Source of the DNA: Mobula hypostoma
Lineage: Eukaryota
Assembly: GCF_963921235.1 (NCBI RefSeq)
Contig: NC_086118.1
Span: 18,292,001 to 18,356,000 of the forward strand
DNA: 64,000 bases
Direction of reading: 5' to 3'
Shown here: positions 12,075 through 24,610 of the stretch, in pieces
Layout of the letters: every line of letters starts with the position of its first letter
Position numbering within the stretch: the stretch's first letter is position 1
Notes under the pieces: model-generated
Seen by the model: only the letters and a program-made list of their open reading frames with translations
The model's database searches: none
Told to the model about the DNA's origin: nothing
Made by a program: the position numbers and the translations under genes

Positions 12075-13300
12075 ATTAGGTGGATAGGTACCCAAGACAT
12101 GATGTGATCAATCCCGTTAGTGAAGGCAACAAGAAAAGAGTGTTGGGCCTTGAGAGATATCTTTGTACCATTGTTAGCCACATTTGAGGTCCAGGGGATT
12201 GCAGAACAAGATCCATCATGGTAGGCTAACCCAGAAGATGAAGGTGACTGAGGTCTATGGAGACTTGGTCGATTATATTGGAAATTGTCTTTAGCCACAG
12301 AGGGCAAAAGGTAGTGGTAGAGGGTGCAAACCTTCTGGAGGTCTGTTACCAGTGGTGTTCTGTAAGGATCAATGTTGGTATCTCTGTTATTTGTGAAATA
12401 AATAAATGAAAGTGGGCTGAAGAGTAATTTTGCAAATGATACCAAATTTAGTGGAGTTGTGGATAGTGAGAGATGTTGTCAAATAACTCAATAGCATATA
12501 TACACCACTGTGGAAATGTTGGCAAAGAGATGGCAGATAGAATTTTACACAGCGAAGTGAGGTGTTGCATTTTTGGAGGTTAAATGGAGAAGGAACGTAT
12601 GCAATAACTGGAGTGATCCTTAGGAGTATTGATGTTGGGCTGCACGTTCTCAGAAAGTGGCAACACAAGTAGATAGGGTGATAAAGAAGATATACAACAT
12701 ACTTTGGGGTATTAGACATAAGAACTTGAAATAATGTTGTAGCTGTATAAACACTGGTTGGACCAATTTTGGAGGACATGTCCACCAGTAGTTACTACAT
12801 TAAAAGAAGCATGTGAAGATATTTGTGAGGGTACAGAAGAGGTTCAGCAGACACTACCTGGATCACAGACTACTAGCTTCAAGGAGAGGGTGAGCAAACT
12901 TACGTTGTTCTCTCTGGAGCATCACAGGTTGATCAGAAACCTGACAGAAGTATATAAAATTGTGAGAGGCATAGATACAATAAATATTCACAGTTTTATT
13001 CCCCTGTGAGGATATGTCAAACACTAGAAGACATAGTTTAAGTGGGAAAAGTTTAAAGGAGACTTACAAAGCTTTTCTTTAACACAGAGTGGCAGATACC
13101 TGGAACATGCTGCCAGGGGAAGTAGTGGAAGTACGTACAGTCGGTATTATTTTATAGGTATTTTGACAGGCATGTGGACAGGAAAGGAACCAAGGGATAT
13201 GGACAACTTGCAGGCAGGTGGGATTAGTTCAATTTGGCATGGTTAGCACAGACATTGTGGGCTGAGGAGCCTGCTTCTGTGTTGTACTACTCTATGTTCG
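12075..13300 (+). mobile_element. Degenerate CR1 LINE RT and 3' fragment
   Basis: Remnants of VTSGV..GS, FANDTK, LFSLEH.RL..NLTEVYKI and the CR1 3' tail. Confidence 0.75.
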
Positions 13301-14190
13301 AACTGGATGAAAATAATCTGAGATTAGCATTAATGCCGGAAAAATCCAAAATATGAGCACAGATGGAAGGGTTGAATCATTTGCATCCATTGCCAGTCAC
13401 GTGCAGAGTGGATAATTAACCTTGGAGTGTCCATCATACAAGATTCAAGCCTTCAGCCAATTGAATTCAATTCACATTCCATCAAAGATTGGATACAACA
13501 ATGACCGTGACACCTGACAACAGCCCAGCTATACTGCTGAAGATTTAAATAAGATGAGTGCAACTATAACATGCCACACTTAACACCCTCCACCACTATA
13601 TTTTGCCTTCTGTGGAAAATTGCCAATTTATGTCCTTTAACAAAAAGCAAAACAAATTCAAGCCAGCCAATTACTACTCCATCAACTACTTTCCATCGGT
13701 ATCAATGTGATAGATGTTGCTGATAGAAGTGACAAGTTCCCTCAGTTTTGGTTCTACCGGGACAATTCAGCTCTAGGCAACACTACAGCTTTGGTTTGAA
13801 TTTGAACAAAAAGTTGAAATGAAAAGTGAGCTGAGGGAAACTATCCATGACATCAAAGTACTAATTGCCTCAACGTGGCAAAAGGATACTCAAGTAAAAC
13901 TGGATCAGAGGAGTGTTCCACGTTGGATATAGTCATACCCAACATAAATGAAGATGGTTATGTTTCTTGGAATTCAATTACCCTCAGCTCAAGTTTGCTG
14001 CTGTAAATGCTCTTCAGGCAATGTCGCAGTCTTAACCACCCTTATCTATCTCATTAATGGTCTTCACTCTGTCATATGGTCTGAAGTAGCGAATTTCATT
14101 GATCAGTTCTGCTCTATTCTTCCATTATCAGACCTTGAACAAATATGTAGCGACAACCAAACATGCCTCCCAAATGTTGACTGGTGGACA
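13300..14190 (+). mobile_element. Highly degenerate non-LTR RT fragment
   Basis: PDNSPAILLK, PANY.SI and DIKV...W motifs appear in RT order. Confidence 0.5.
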
Positions 14191-14199
14191 AGTTAACAA

Positions 14200-14400
14200 C
14201 TTTCCATAGGAGTCCAGGCCCAGTGTTCGTAGTTTTTAACTCACTATATGCTCGGCAGTGACCTACAAGAGAAGATAACACCTAGAGTGTGCAAATTGCC
14301 CAAAGCCAATTTGTCTGATCTCAACTTTGGTAGGTCTTCTCTTTGTGAATTCCATCAGGTAAGAGATCTAAAACAAGCCTAATCTTTGAAACAACTGAAA
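14200..14400 (+). pseudogene. Decayed synaptotagmin-like C2A segment
   Basis: HRSPGPVF (SYT1 HRKTLNPVF), SDLQEKITPRV, and LSDLNFGRSSLCEFHQVRDLKQA (MNTVDFGHVTEEWRDLQSA). Confidence 0.5.
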
Positions 14401-15991
14401 AAAAATGATTATACGAAAATTGGCACTTCCTAAGGCAGTTATCGACAATTTTTAAAACCGTTAATACTCCTACATGTTTTTGGTATTCCAAAACTATTAA
14501 AAATGAATTGAGCTATTAAAAATTAAAGGTGTAAATAATTAAATAAATCAAAACACTTGGCTATTTAAAGAACTCTTAAACAATTAAAACATTCAAAATA
14601 CTTGCATCTTTATCTATAATTGACTCTAGTGTGGGTTTATTAAGTGATTTCCCAATATGTACTGACATTTGGAAATGCAAGCGGTTTCAAGGTTCAAAGT
14701 ACATTTATTAGCAAAGCATATGTACATTATACAACCTTGAGATTTGTCTCCTTACAGGCAGCCACAAAATAAAGAAACCCAAAAGTACCCATAATAAAAA
14801 AGATTATCAAACACCAAATGTGCAGAGAAAAAAGCAATACAAACCGTGCAAACAATGAAAGCAAACAAATAACATTCAGGATGAAAGTGAATCAATCCAT
14901 AGACACAAAGCCCGGAGCACCTGGAGCAGGCCACAATCTCAACCTCAGTTCAGTGCAGAGCCGAGTAAACATTACAGAGTAGTAAGCAGAACCATCTTGA
15001 CCCTTGCTTCCAGTTCCGTCACTCTGCTTTTTCAATCTGGCCTGTGTGACGACAGACCAAATTATCAGAAGATTGATGCCGATAAGAGGACAATGGGGGA
15101 ACATTCAGAAATGTTAATGAGAGACGAGAGGGATTAACGAAAAGGAGACACAGTTCCGAGTATTGTCAGAGACCGGTGGCTTTGAACCCTGAACTGTTTG
15201 AAGTTTGATGGACAGGCGATACCCCAGCAGGGGGATAAAAAGGGACAGGTTCGCTAAGGCAACAGACACACGACACCACGAGGTAACGAGACCCTGGAAG
15301 CGGTGTGCCCCCACAAGTTGCTGGGAGTTTTGGAGGTCTGGTCGCGGGACCAGACATAGACGCACAGGGCGGAAAGATACGGTCGGGCGGGAACCTGGTG
15401 TGTGTGTGTCCGCCCTTGCCTGGGTACCGGGTTCACCGCAGAAGAACGATCGTATCTGGAATGGAGGGGTCACAGTCGGTGACCTCAGAAGACATTACAA
15501 AGGGCTCGCCCGAAAGCTAACTGCGAGGAATATCGAAGGTCTGTCTGGAATCCGATTTGCATATTCATTTGTTCTCTCTCTTCTCCCACCCCCCGCCCCC
15601 AACGGCACAACAGCGATTACTGTGAACTGAACTGAACTAAATTGAACTGAACTTTGCGTCACTTGAAACTGATCATTTACCCCTAGACTGCAATAGAGCT
15701 TGATTGATCCTATTACCATAATTCTGTGTACATGTGTGTTTATTCATTGCTAACCTGTTGCATTTATATCCTTACTATTAGAGTATTGTGTTGCTTATTT
15801 CTTTAATAAAACTTTCTTAGTTCCAGTAATCCAGACTCCAACTAAGTGGTCCATTTCTGCTGGTTTGGCAACCCAGTTACGGGGTACGTAACATAAGTGG
15901 GGGCTCCTCCGGGATTTTGAACGCTAAAATTGGGACGGGGTAAATTGATTGGGTTAAAATTCCCGAAAGAAAGAAAAGGCAAACAGCAGAA

Positions 15992-17191
15992 ATGGAGATT
16001 GAGGAATTCCTAAAGGCGCCGACCTTGGAGGCATTAGAGGATGCCAGGAAATCGGAATTGGTAGCTGTGACCAAACGGTTGAATCTTGTTAAGGGGAAGT
16101 CGACAATGAAGAGAGAGGAGATACGCAGAGCTATCGTAGAGCATTATGTGTCTAAAGGTGTGTTTCTGCAAGGGGAGCTGGAGGTGATATCTATTGGAAA
16201 ACCTGGTGGAGACGCAGTACAGGTGCAGCTTGAAAAATTGAGACTCGAGCACGAGTTCCGGGTATGGCAGCTAGAACACGAAGAGAAACAGTTAGAACGG
16301 CAAGAGAGAGAGAGGCAGTTGGAGCGAGAAGAGAAACAGAGGGAAAGGGAATTCGACCTGGAGAGGTTAAAGATAAGGGCAGAGCAGGGGCCCATGCCGA
16401 ACCAAGGTGGAAGGTTCAGGGCGACCCAGGAGGTTAGGCTGTTTCCTCCATTTGACGATACCGATGTGGATCGGTACTTTCTCCATTTCGAAAAAGTTGC
16501 TGCAAGTCAGGACCGGCCGAGGGATAAGTGGGCTGTTTTGCTTCAGAGTGTACTTAAAGGAAAAGCCCAACAAGCTTACTCGGCTTTGTCCGCAGAAGAT
16601 GCCCAGAGGTATGAGGTGGTGAAAGAGGCCATCCTCAGGATTTATGAGTTGGTCCCGGAGGCATACCGGCAGAGGTTCCGGAATGCGAGGAAGCACATAT
16701 TTAGAGATGCCCGTGAGATGCAGACATATTGTGAGCGTTGGTGCGCCTTGAGGGGGGTAAATGGGGATTATGACAGACTGCTACAGCTGATCCTGATTGA
16801 GCAGTTTAAAGGTTGTGTCCCTGAGGGTATGAGACCCTACCTGGATGAGAAAGAGGCAGCCACTTTAGCCGCAACTGCTAAGTTAGCGGATGAGTACGCG
16901 TTGACACATAAAACGAAGTTTGCCCCGAGTAAAGGCTACCAGAAGGGTAGCCAGGACGGCGGGGAGAGTCCACCAGAAAAGTCAGAAAGTAAGCCGGGGA
17001 CTAGTGAGAAGGATAAGGTAGACCGGGAGCAGTCTGGTAGGAAGTCTTCTGGGGTCGTATGTTATAATTGTGGGAAAGTCGGACACTTTGCGTCCAGGTG
17101 CTTTGCCCCTAAGAAGGAGACAGGAAAAGGAAAGGCGGCGGTTCTGATTGGCTGTATTGAGCTGGTAAGCAAACCGCTGGGAGAGGGCTAA
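15992..17191 (+). CDS. gag: Gag polyprotein (coiled coil, SCAN-like capsid, CCHC zinc knuckle)
   Basis: 399-aa ORF with YFLHFEKVA...W...L.GKAQQAY, LIEQFKGC...AKLADEY and CYNCGKVGHFASRC. Confidence 0.85.
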   Translation: MEIEEFLKAPTLEALEDARKSELVAVTKRLNLVKGKSTMKREEIRRAIVEHYVSKGVFLQGELEVISIGKPGGDAVQVQLEKLRLEHEFRVWQLEHEEKQLERQERERQLEREEKQREREFDLERLKIRAEQGPMPNQGGRFRATQEVRLFPPFDDTDVDRYFLHFEKVAASQDRPRDKWAVLLQSVLKGKAQQAYSALSAEDAQRYEVVKEAILRIYELVPEAYRQRFRNARKHIFRDAREMQTYCERWCALRGVNGDYDRLLQLILIEQFKGCVPEGMRPYLDEKEAATLAATAKLADEYALTHKTKFAPSKGYQKGSQDGGESPPEKSESKPGTSEKDKVDREQSGRKSSGVVCYNCGKVGHFASRCFAPKKETGKGKAAVLIGCIELVSKPLGEG

Positions 17192-17269
17192 CATAGTTCA
17201 GGAAGGGCGCTAGAGGTTTATCTCGACTGGATTGGTGTTGGTGAAGGAGGGGTTAAACCCAGTTCCAGT

Positions 17270-19000
17270 GCGGATCTGGAGAGACACGGGAGCGTGTCAG
17301 TCATTGATATTAAAGAGTGTGTTAGAGTTTAGTTCAGAGAGGTGAGACTGGGAAAGTCAGGGTCATAAAAGACATTGGGAAAGGGACTGAGGCTGTACCC
17401 TTGCACCAGATACACCTAAAAAGCGACTTGGTCTCTGGACCGGTCACGATAGGGGTGAGGCTCGAACTACCGATGAAAGGCGTGGAGATCTTGCTCGGTA
17501 ATGACCTCGCCGGCGGAAATGTGTTCTCAGCAGTAAGATTGACAAGCCAGCCTGCCAGCATTGAGGCCCCGCCCATGGACTCACAGGTTTATCCCGTTTG
17601 CTCAGTGACTCGGCATACGTCCAGGAAGGCTGCCGAAGTAACTATAGAATTGGCTGAGATGTTTTTACCAGCCTTGTACCAGGGGGAGGTAGAAAGTGAA
17701 AAGAAGGAGCGTAATGAAACAGGAGAAAGTGAGGGAGTTGAGGCAGACTTAGCATTAGCCAGGAAGGAATTTGTACAGGCGCAGGAGCGAGACGAGGAGC
17801 TGAGGGTTTTGGTGGAGACAGCTCTCTCTGAAGCAGAATTAAAAAGGGAGCCAGTAGGCTATTGTGTGGGGGACAGAGTGCTAAGGAAGAAAGGGAGACC
17901 AAGTACCGTGCCCGCAGATGAGGAATGGGGGATGGTGCCAAAAATTTATGGGGATGAGATTCTTAACCTGGCCCACAACATACCCCTTGGTGGACATTTT
18001 GGGGGGAGGAAAACAGTCGGCGGAATCATGAAAGAGTTTTACTGGCTGCACAGGAGGAAGGATGTTATTGACTATTGTAGACGTGAGTTAACACAGTTAG
18101 AGGCTATTAACATGTTAAAAGCTCACCACGATCAGAAAACAGATCTAGCTGGTGATATCATGAAAATTAATGAGGCTAGGGTGCCACCTGATAAGGGGAA
18201 AACCCATTTTGAAAAGATAAGTGTGGTGCTGACCAGATGGGAGAACTCTATTCTGTTGACCGACTTTGCTGTTGAGTTCTCTCCCTGAACAAAGCGAACC
18301 GCTAAGAGAGCTAATTAAACGACACGCCCACATAGGTCCAGATGTCCCGAGGCAATGCAAAGAGCTGTGACATGGAGCTGTTGCCACATCAGGTCAGCCT
18401 AGTGAGCAACACCCTATAGAATGATTAATTCAGTGACAAACGGGCTAAAGAGCTCAGAAGTGTATATTGGCGATGTAGTGGTCTGGAGTGGCACGTGGGA
18501 GGAACACATTATGGCGGCAGAGGAGCTGTTTTAGATGGCTGTCTGAAGCCAGCCTGACAGTGAACCTCGCAAAAAGTGAGTTTGGCCGCGCGAAGGTTAC
18601 TTATCTGGGATTTGTGGTAGGACAGGGGCAGCTGGCTCCGATGCAAGCTAAGGTGCGGGCTATCTCTGAAGTCCCCACCCCGACAGACAAGAGAGCCCTG
18701 AGAAGGTTCTTGGGGTTGGTGGGGTACTATCGGAAGTTTTGCAGAAAAAAAAACAACTTTGCGGATAGTACCCACCCTCTTACTAAGCCCTTGCCAAAGA
18801 ATGCTAAGTTGGTATGGGACGACCCTTGTTATCTGTGTCCAGGACGAAAACCACTGAGAAGTTACACTGATCACAATTCATTAGTGTTTTTGGTTACTAT
18901 GAAGTTTGCTAAGTTGGAGCCTGGTTTTAGAGGATTATTAAAATAACACATATAAAAGGAACAGAAAATGTGATTGCTGACTGTCTGTCAGGTTTTGACA
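17270..19000 (+). pseudogene. pol: Deleted pol of the Gmr1-type element (protease, integrase Zn finger, RT thumb, RNase H end)
   Basis: RDTGACQSLI; ILLGNDLAGG; AHNIPLGGHFG...YC; LTVNLAKSEFGRAKVTYLGF; LRRFLGLVGYYRKFC; YTDHNSL. Confidence 0.8.
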
Positions 19001-19944
19001 ACTTAAAATTCTATGTATCAGCCAAATAGCTGATGAACATGTATATTTGTGTGTATCTGATGGTGTATTCATGAGAATATTTTTACCCCGGTAAAAATTC
19101 TTTGAAGGATAGGGGTGTGACGACAGACCAAATTATCAGAAGATTGATGCCGATAAGAGGACAATGGGGGAACATTCAGAAATGTTAATGAGAGACGAGA
19201 GGGATTAACGAAAAGGAGACACAGTTCCGAGTATTGTCAGAGACCAGTGGCTTTGAACCCTGAACTGTTTGAAGTTTGATGGACAGGCGATATCCCAGCA
19301 GGGGGATAAAAAGGGACAGGTTAGCTAAGGCAACAGACACACGACACCACGAGGTAACGAGACCTTGGAAGTGGTGTGCCCCCACAAGTTGCTGGGAGTT
19401 TTGGAGGTCTGGTCACGGGACCAGACATAGACGCACAGGGTGGAAAGATACGGTTGGGCGGGAACCTGGTGTGTGTGTCCGCCCTTGCCTGGGTGCCGGG
19501 TTCACCGCAGAAGAACGATCGTATCTGGAATGGAGGGGTCACAGTCGGTGACCTCAGAAGACATTACAAAGGGCTCGCCCGAAAGCTAACTTTGAGGAAT
19601 ATCGAAGGTCTGTTTGGAATCCAATTTGCATATTCATTCGTTCTCTCTCTTCTCCCACCCCCAACGGCACAACAGCGATTACTGCGAACTGAACTGAACT
19701 TTGCATCACTTGAAACTGGTCATTTACCCCTAGACTGCGATAGAGCTTGATTGATCCTATTACCATAATTCCGTGTACATGTGTGTTTATTCATTGCTAA
19801 CCTGTTGCATTTATATCCTTACTATTAGAGTATTGTGTTGCTTATTTCTTTAATAAAACTTACTTAGTTCCAGTAATCCAGACTCCAACTAAGTGGTTCA
19901 TTTTTGCTGGTTTGGCAACCCAGTTACGGGGTACATAACACCTG

Positions 19945-20400
19945 GCAGAAGAAATTCACAGAGAATTGCCTGCATTTTTATGTTAAATTTGGCCCATAGA
20001 AATAGGACAAAGGAGGCAGATAGCTTCTTGGATCTGTTCTGAAATTCGCTGATCCAGCTTCTTATAGTGACATTTGCTTTAACCAAATGTTAACTTATGG
20101 TTAGAATCTTGAAATTAATACCAATAATTGACCTAGGTTAAATTATCTTTACTATTATTAGGTCAGAATTCTGAATTTACACCATTTTTTAGATTTAGCA
20201 AGTTTTTCTACCTATATATGAGAAGATTGGTGTAAGATTTAGGCTATGACTCTTTGACCTAGAATCTATCAAAGAATTAGCAATCAACCCTTCCAGTTCC
20301 TCTTATTATTCTGAAGATCTACCATGCAGAATTATTGTAAAATGACACTAACTTGTATAATTTCTGGTCCTTAATCATTTTTGAGAACATTCATTCATTT
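19945..20400 (+). pseudogene. Decayed synaptotagmin-like C2B segment
   Basis: YSDICF.../LMVRILKL (LGDICFSL...LTVVILEA), followed by FDLESIKELAI and EDLPCRIIV...LNHF. Confidence 0.4.
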
Positions 20401-21229
20401 CCTAACTATGTGTCCATGTAGGCTACACTCTGACTGCAATATATACAATGTAGACTGCACCACCTTTGCAAGGCTTCATTTGACAGTGTCCCAACCATTG
20501 TTATTTTTACCATCTAGATGAAGGACGATGTCATCTCCTTTATGCCCCCCGCCCCCTCACCGACACATTGCATGACATTTCCTCGCTATTCATTCATTAT
20601 GTTTGAGTTAACATCCTGATAACCCTACCTAACATCATTGTGGAATAACTTACCCATGTGGATGCAACAATTTAAAATGCTGCTCAATACCTTTGTGTAA
20701 TTATATGTGCATAATAAAGAACTTCAGATCCCAGTGGAAATGCAAGGGGTTCACCTGGAACAGGAAACTGTGACTGTGACTGGGTTGCACACATGGGGTT
20801 GAGCAGCAGCTCAGGAACAAAATGTCCTAATGTAAGCCCACACCAGGTTTGTCTTTATTAAAAACGTAACATGGTGTCAGAATATGGTGTGATTTTTAAG
20901 TACAGAGAGTAAATGAATAACGTGCATGATTGAGAAAGAGACTGCATGAGTACAAAAGCTGCTGGCAGCAAGTGAGATTGGATGCTGGTTACAATGGAAA
21001 AAAGCTGGCCAGTGAGGTGAGAGAGTGTATTGTTTCCAAAGTTCAGCAAACACAGATTCACCAAGAGAGACTCAGGTGAGAGGCTGAGATTTCCTGTCAT
21101 GGATAAGTTAAGACCTCCCGCATCTATGCAGGTTACCGGCGATCTAACTGATGACTGGAAAAGCTTCAAACAGCAATTCAGTATTTATTTAGCTGCTAGC
21201 CGAGCAGCAGGGACAGATAAAGAATTGAA

Positions 21230-24158
21230 TTAACTTCAGATTGCCTCTGCCATTGATCTTGCCGGCTCCAACACCTCAGGGCATATTCAAAACCCGGACT
21301 CCAGCAATGACCATGGACACATTCGAAGTGATTGTGCAACCACCAACTGCGACTCCAGCCTTGAACTCCAGGCCGGGTCTTTATGTGCTGCTATTGTGAC
21401 TCCCGTCTCCCCTTCCCCCACCAATACTCTGCAATCCCATCTCCTTCAGATCCCATCGTCAGCTCCTGGGTCCTCAGAGGCTCCATCTTCCTCTCACTCC
21501 AACCCTCCCCTCTCCATTGACACCCCCAGCCTCCCCACTCCTCCCTCTGAGCCCAGCTCTCATCCGTGCCGGGTCTTTACCATCCCCTCCGACCTTCAAC
21601 TGTCGGAGGCAGAGCGCTCTGTCCTCAGTAAGGGCCTCACCTTTGTCCCCCTACGCCCACACCTCAGCGAGTTCTGTGTTCGCCATGATGCAGAACTTTT
21701 CCTCCGGCCTCTCCGTCTCCGAACCTACTTCTTCGGCAAGGTCTCTTCCACCCCCACCGATGACCCCTTCTCCCATCTTCAACCCTCCTCTTCTTCATGG
21801 ACACCCTGCTCTGGTCTTCTGCCTGCTCTGGATCTTTTTATCGCTAACTGCTGACGGGACATCAACCGTCTCGACTTCACCGCACCTTGTCCCCATTCCA
21901 ACCTCACTCCTTCGGAACGCTCTGCTCTCCACTCCCTCTGCACTAATCCTAAACTTATTATTAACCCGGCGATAAGGGGGGTGCTGTTGTAGTCTGGCGT
22001 ACTGACCTCTACCTTGCCGAGGCACAGCGACAACTCGCGGATACTTTCTCTTATTTACCCCTCGATCGTGACCCCACTAAGGAGCACCAGGTCATTGTCT
22101 CCCACACCATCACTGACTTTATCCGCTCAGGGGATCTCCCATCCACAGCTACCAACCTTATAGTTCCCACACCTCGCACTTCCCGTTTCTACCTCCTACC
22201 CAAGATCCACAAACCTGCCTGTCCTGGCAGACCTATTGTCTCAGCTTGCTCCTGCCCCACTGAACTCGTTTCTGCATACCTCGACACGGTTTTATCCCCC
22301 CTTGTTCAATCCCCTCCTACCTATGTTCGTGACACTTCTCACGCTCTTAAACTTTTCGATGATTTTAAGTTCCCTGGCCCCCACCGCTTTATTTTCACCA
22401 TGGATGTCCAGTCCCTATATACTTCCATCCCCCATCAGGAAGGTCTCAAAGCTCTCCGCTTCTTTTTGGATTCCAGACCTAATCAGTTCCCCTCTACCAC
22501 CACTCTGCTCCGTCTAGCGGAATTAGTCCTTACTCTTAATAATTTCTCCTTTTGCTCCTCCCATTTCCTCCAAACTAAAGGTGTAGCTATGGGCACCTGT
22601 ATGGGTCCTAGCTATGCCTGTCTTTTTGTTGGCATTGTGGAACAATCTATGTTCCGTGCCTATTCTGGTATCTGTCCCCCACTTTTCCTTCACTACATCG
22701 ACGACTGCATTGGCGCTGCTTCCTGCACGCATGCAGAACTCGTTGACTTTATTAACTTTGCCTCCAACTTTCACCCTGCCCTCAAGTTTACCTGGTCCAT
22801 TTTCGACACCTCCCTCCCCTTTCTAGATCTTTGTGTCTCTGTCTCTGGAGACAGCTTATCCACTGATGTCTACTATAAGCCTACTGACTCTCACAGCTAT
22901 CTGGACTATTCCTCTTCTCACCTTGTCTCTTGAAAAAACGCCATCCCCTTCTCGCAATTCCTCCGTCTCCGCCGCATCTGCTCTCAGGATGAGGCTTTTC
23001 ATTCTAGGACAAGGGAGATGTCTTCCTTTTTTAAAGAAAGGGGCTTCCCTTCCTCCACTATCAACTCTGCTCTTAAAACGCATCTCCCCCATTTCACACA
23101 CATCTGCTCTCACTCCATCCTCCCGCCACCCCACTAGGAATAGGGTTCCCCTGGTCCTCACCTACCACCCCACCAGCCTCCGGGTCCAACATATTAATCT
23201 CCGTAACTTCCGCCACCTCCAACGGGATCCCACCACTAAGCACATCTTTTCCTCCCCCCGTCTCTCTGCATTCCGCAGGGATCGCTCCCTACGCAACTCC
23301 CTTGTCCATTCGTCCCCCCCATCCCTCCCCACTGATCTTCCTCCTGGCACTTATCCGTGTAAGCGGAACAAGTGCTACACATGCCCTTACACTCCCTCCT
23401 TTACCACCATTCAGGGCCCCAAACAGTCCTTCCAGGTGAGGCAACACTTCACCTGTGAGTCGGCTGGGGTGATATACTGCGTCCGGTGCTCCGGATGTGG
23501 CCTTTTATATATTGGCGAGACCCGATGCAGACTGGGAAACCGCTTTGCTGAACACCTATACTCTGTCCGCCAGAAAAATCAGGATCTCCCAGTGGCCACG
23601 CATTTTAATTCCACATCCCATTCCCATTCTGACATGTCTATCCACGGCTCCTTTACTGTAAAGATGAAGCCACACTTAGGTTGGAGGAACAACACCTTAT
23701 ATTCCGTCTGGGTAGCCTCCAACCTGATGGCATGAACATTGACTTCTCAAACTTTCGCTAATGCCCCACCACCCCCTCGTACCCCATCTGTTAGCTTTTT
23801 TTTATACACACATTCTTTCTCTCACTCTACTTTTTCTCCCTCTGTCCTTCTGAATATACCCCTTGCTCATCCTCTGGGTCCACGCCCCCCCCTTGTCTTT
23901 CTTCTCGGACCTCCTGTCCCATGATCCTCTCGTATCCCTTTTGCCTATCACCTGTCCAGCTCTTGGCTCCATCCCTCCCCCTCCTGTCTTCTCCTATCAT
24001 TTTGGATCTCTCCCTCCCCCTCCAACTTTCAAATCCCTTACTCACTCTTCCTTTAGTTAGTCGTGACGAAGGGTCTCAGCCTGAAACGTCGACTGCACCT
24101 CTTCCTAGTGATGCTGCCTGGCCTGCTGCGTTCACCAGCAACTTTTATGTGTGTTGCT
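21230..24158 (+). mobile_element. Penelope-like retroelement (RT plus GIY-YIG endonuclease), 5'-truncated
   Basis: MDVQSLYTSIP, GVAMGT.MGPSYA.LF, YIDD and GVIYCVRCSGCGLLYIGET. A duplication taaagaattgaa flanks it at 21218-21229 / 24159-24170 and splits the Gypsy gag. Confidence 0.93.
24059..24094 (+). ncRNA. Minimal type I hammerhead ribozyme of Penelope (core mutated)
   Basis: agtc-gTGACGA-agggtctcagcct-GAAA-c-GTC-gact. The first C of the CUGANGA box is changed to G. Confidence 0.6.
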
Positions 24159-24610
24159 TAAAGAATTGAAAGTGCCTTTTCTTCTGTATAATTAGCAAAG
24201 ATGCTTTGAACATCTATAACAGCTTTCAAATTGATGAGACAGCCTTTACATTGGATACTCTGATGACAGCATTTAAGGAGTACTTTGACCTGAGTAAAAA
24301 CATCACATTGAGAGATATAAGATTCTTTTCCTGTGACCAGAATCAAAGTGTTAGCTTCAACCGATACTTAGCTGAATTTCACACACTGAACAAGACCTGT
24401 GAACTTGATGATTTGGAAGCTCTCTGGTTAGAGACAGAATAGATTGCAGAATTCCAGATAATGGACTCAGAGAAAGACTGCTGCGTGAAAAAGATTTGAC
24501 ACTGCAAAAGGCTGTGAATATGGGTAGGGCAGCAGAGACCACACGAACACAAGCTAAGGAGCTACATAGAGCAGAAACAATAGTGCATGCTGTGAAAACA
24601 GAGTAGCAGC

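Larger units (their letters stand above)
15045..19940 (+). mobile_element. Gmr1-type Gypsy LTR retrotransposon, internally deleted, both LTRs present
   Basis: LTRs at 15045-15893 and 19116-19940 (TG...CA) with TSD cctg. PBS tgggggctcctccgggat at 15898-15915 is one mismatch from the tRNA-Pro PBS. A purine tract precedes the 3' LTR. Order is gag, protease, integrase Zn finger, RT, RNase H remnants. Confidence 0.93.

Noticed and set aside
15625..15655. (aactg)n and similar short periodic repeats as a CRISPR-like array
   Set aside because: These are microsatellites within LTRs with no spacers, in a eukaryotic context.
15114..15719. Several 60-140 aa ORFs inside the LTRs (also at 19185-19766 and 44531-45337)
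   Set aside because: The frames are not conserved between LTR copies, so they are chance ORFs.
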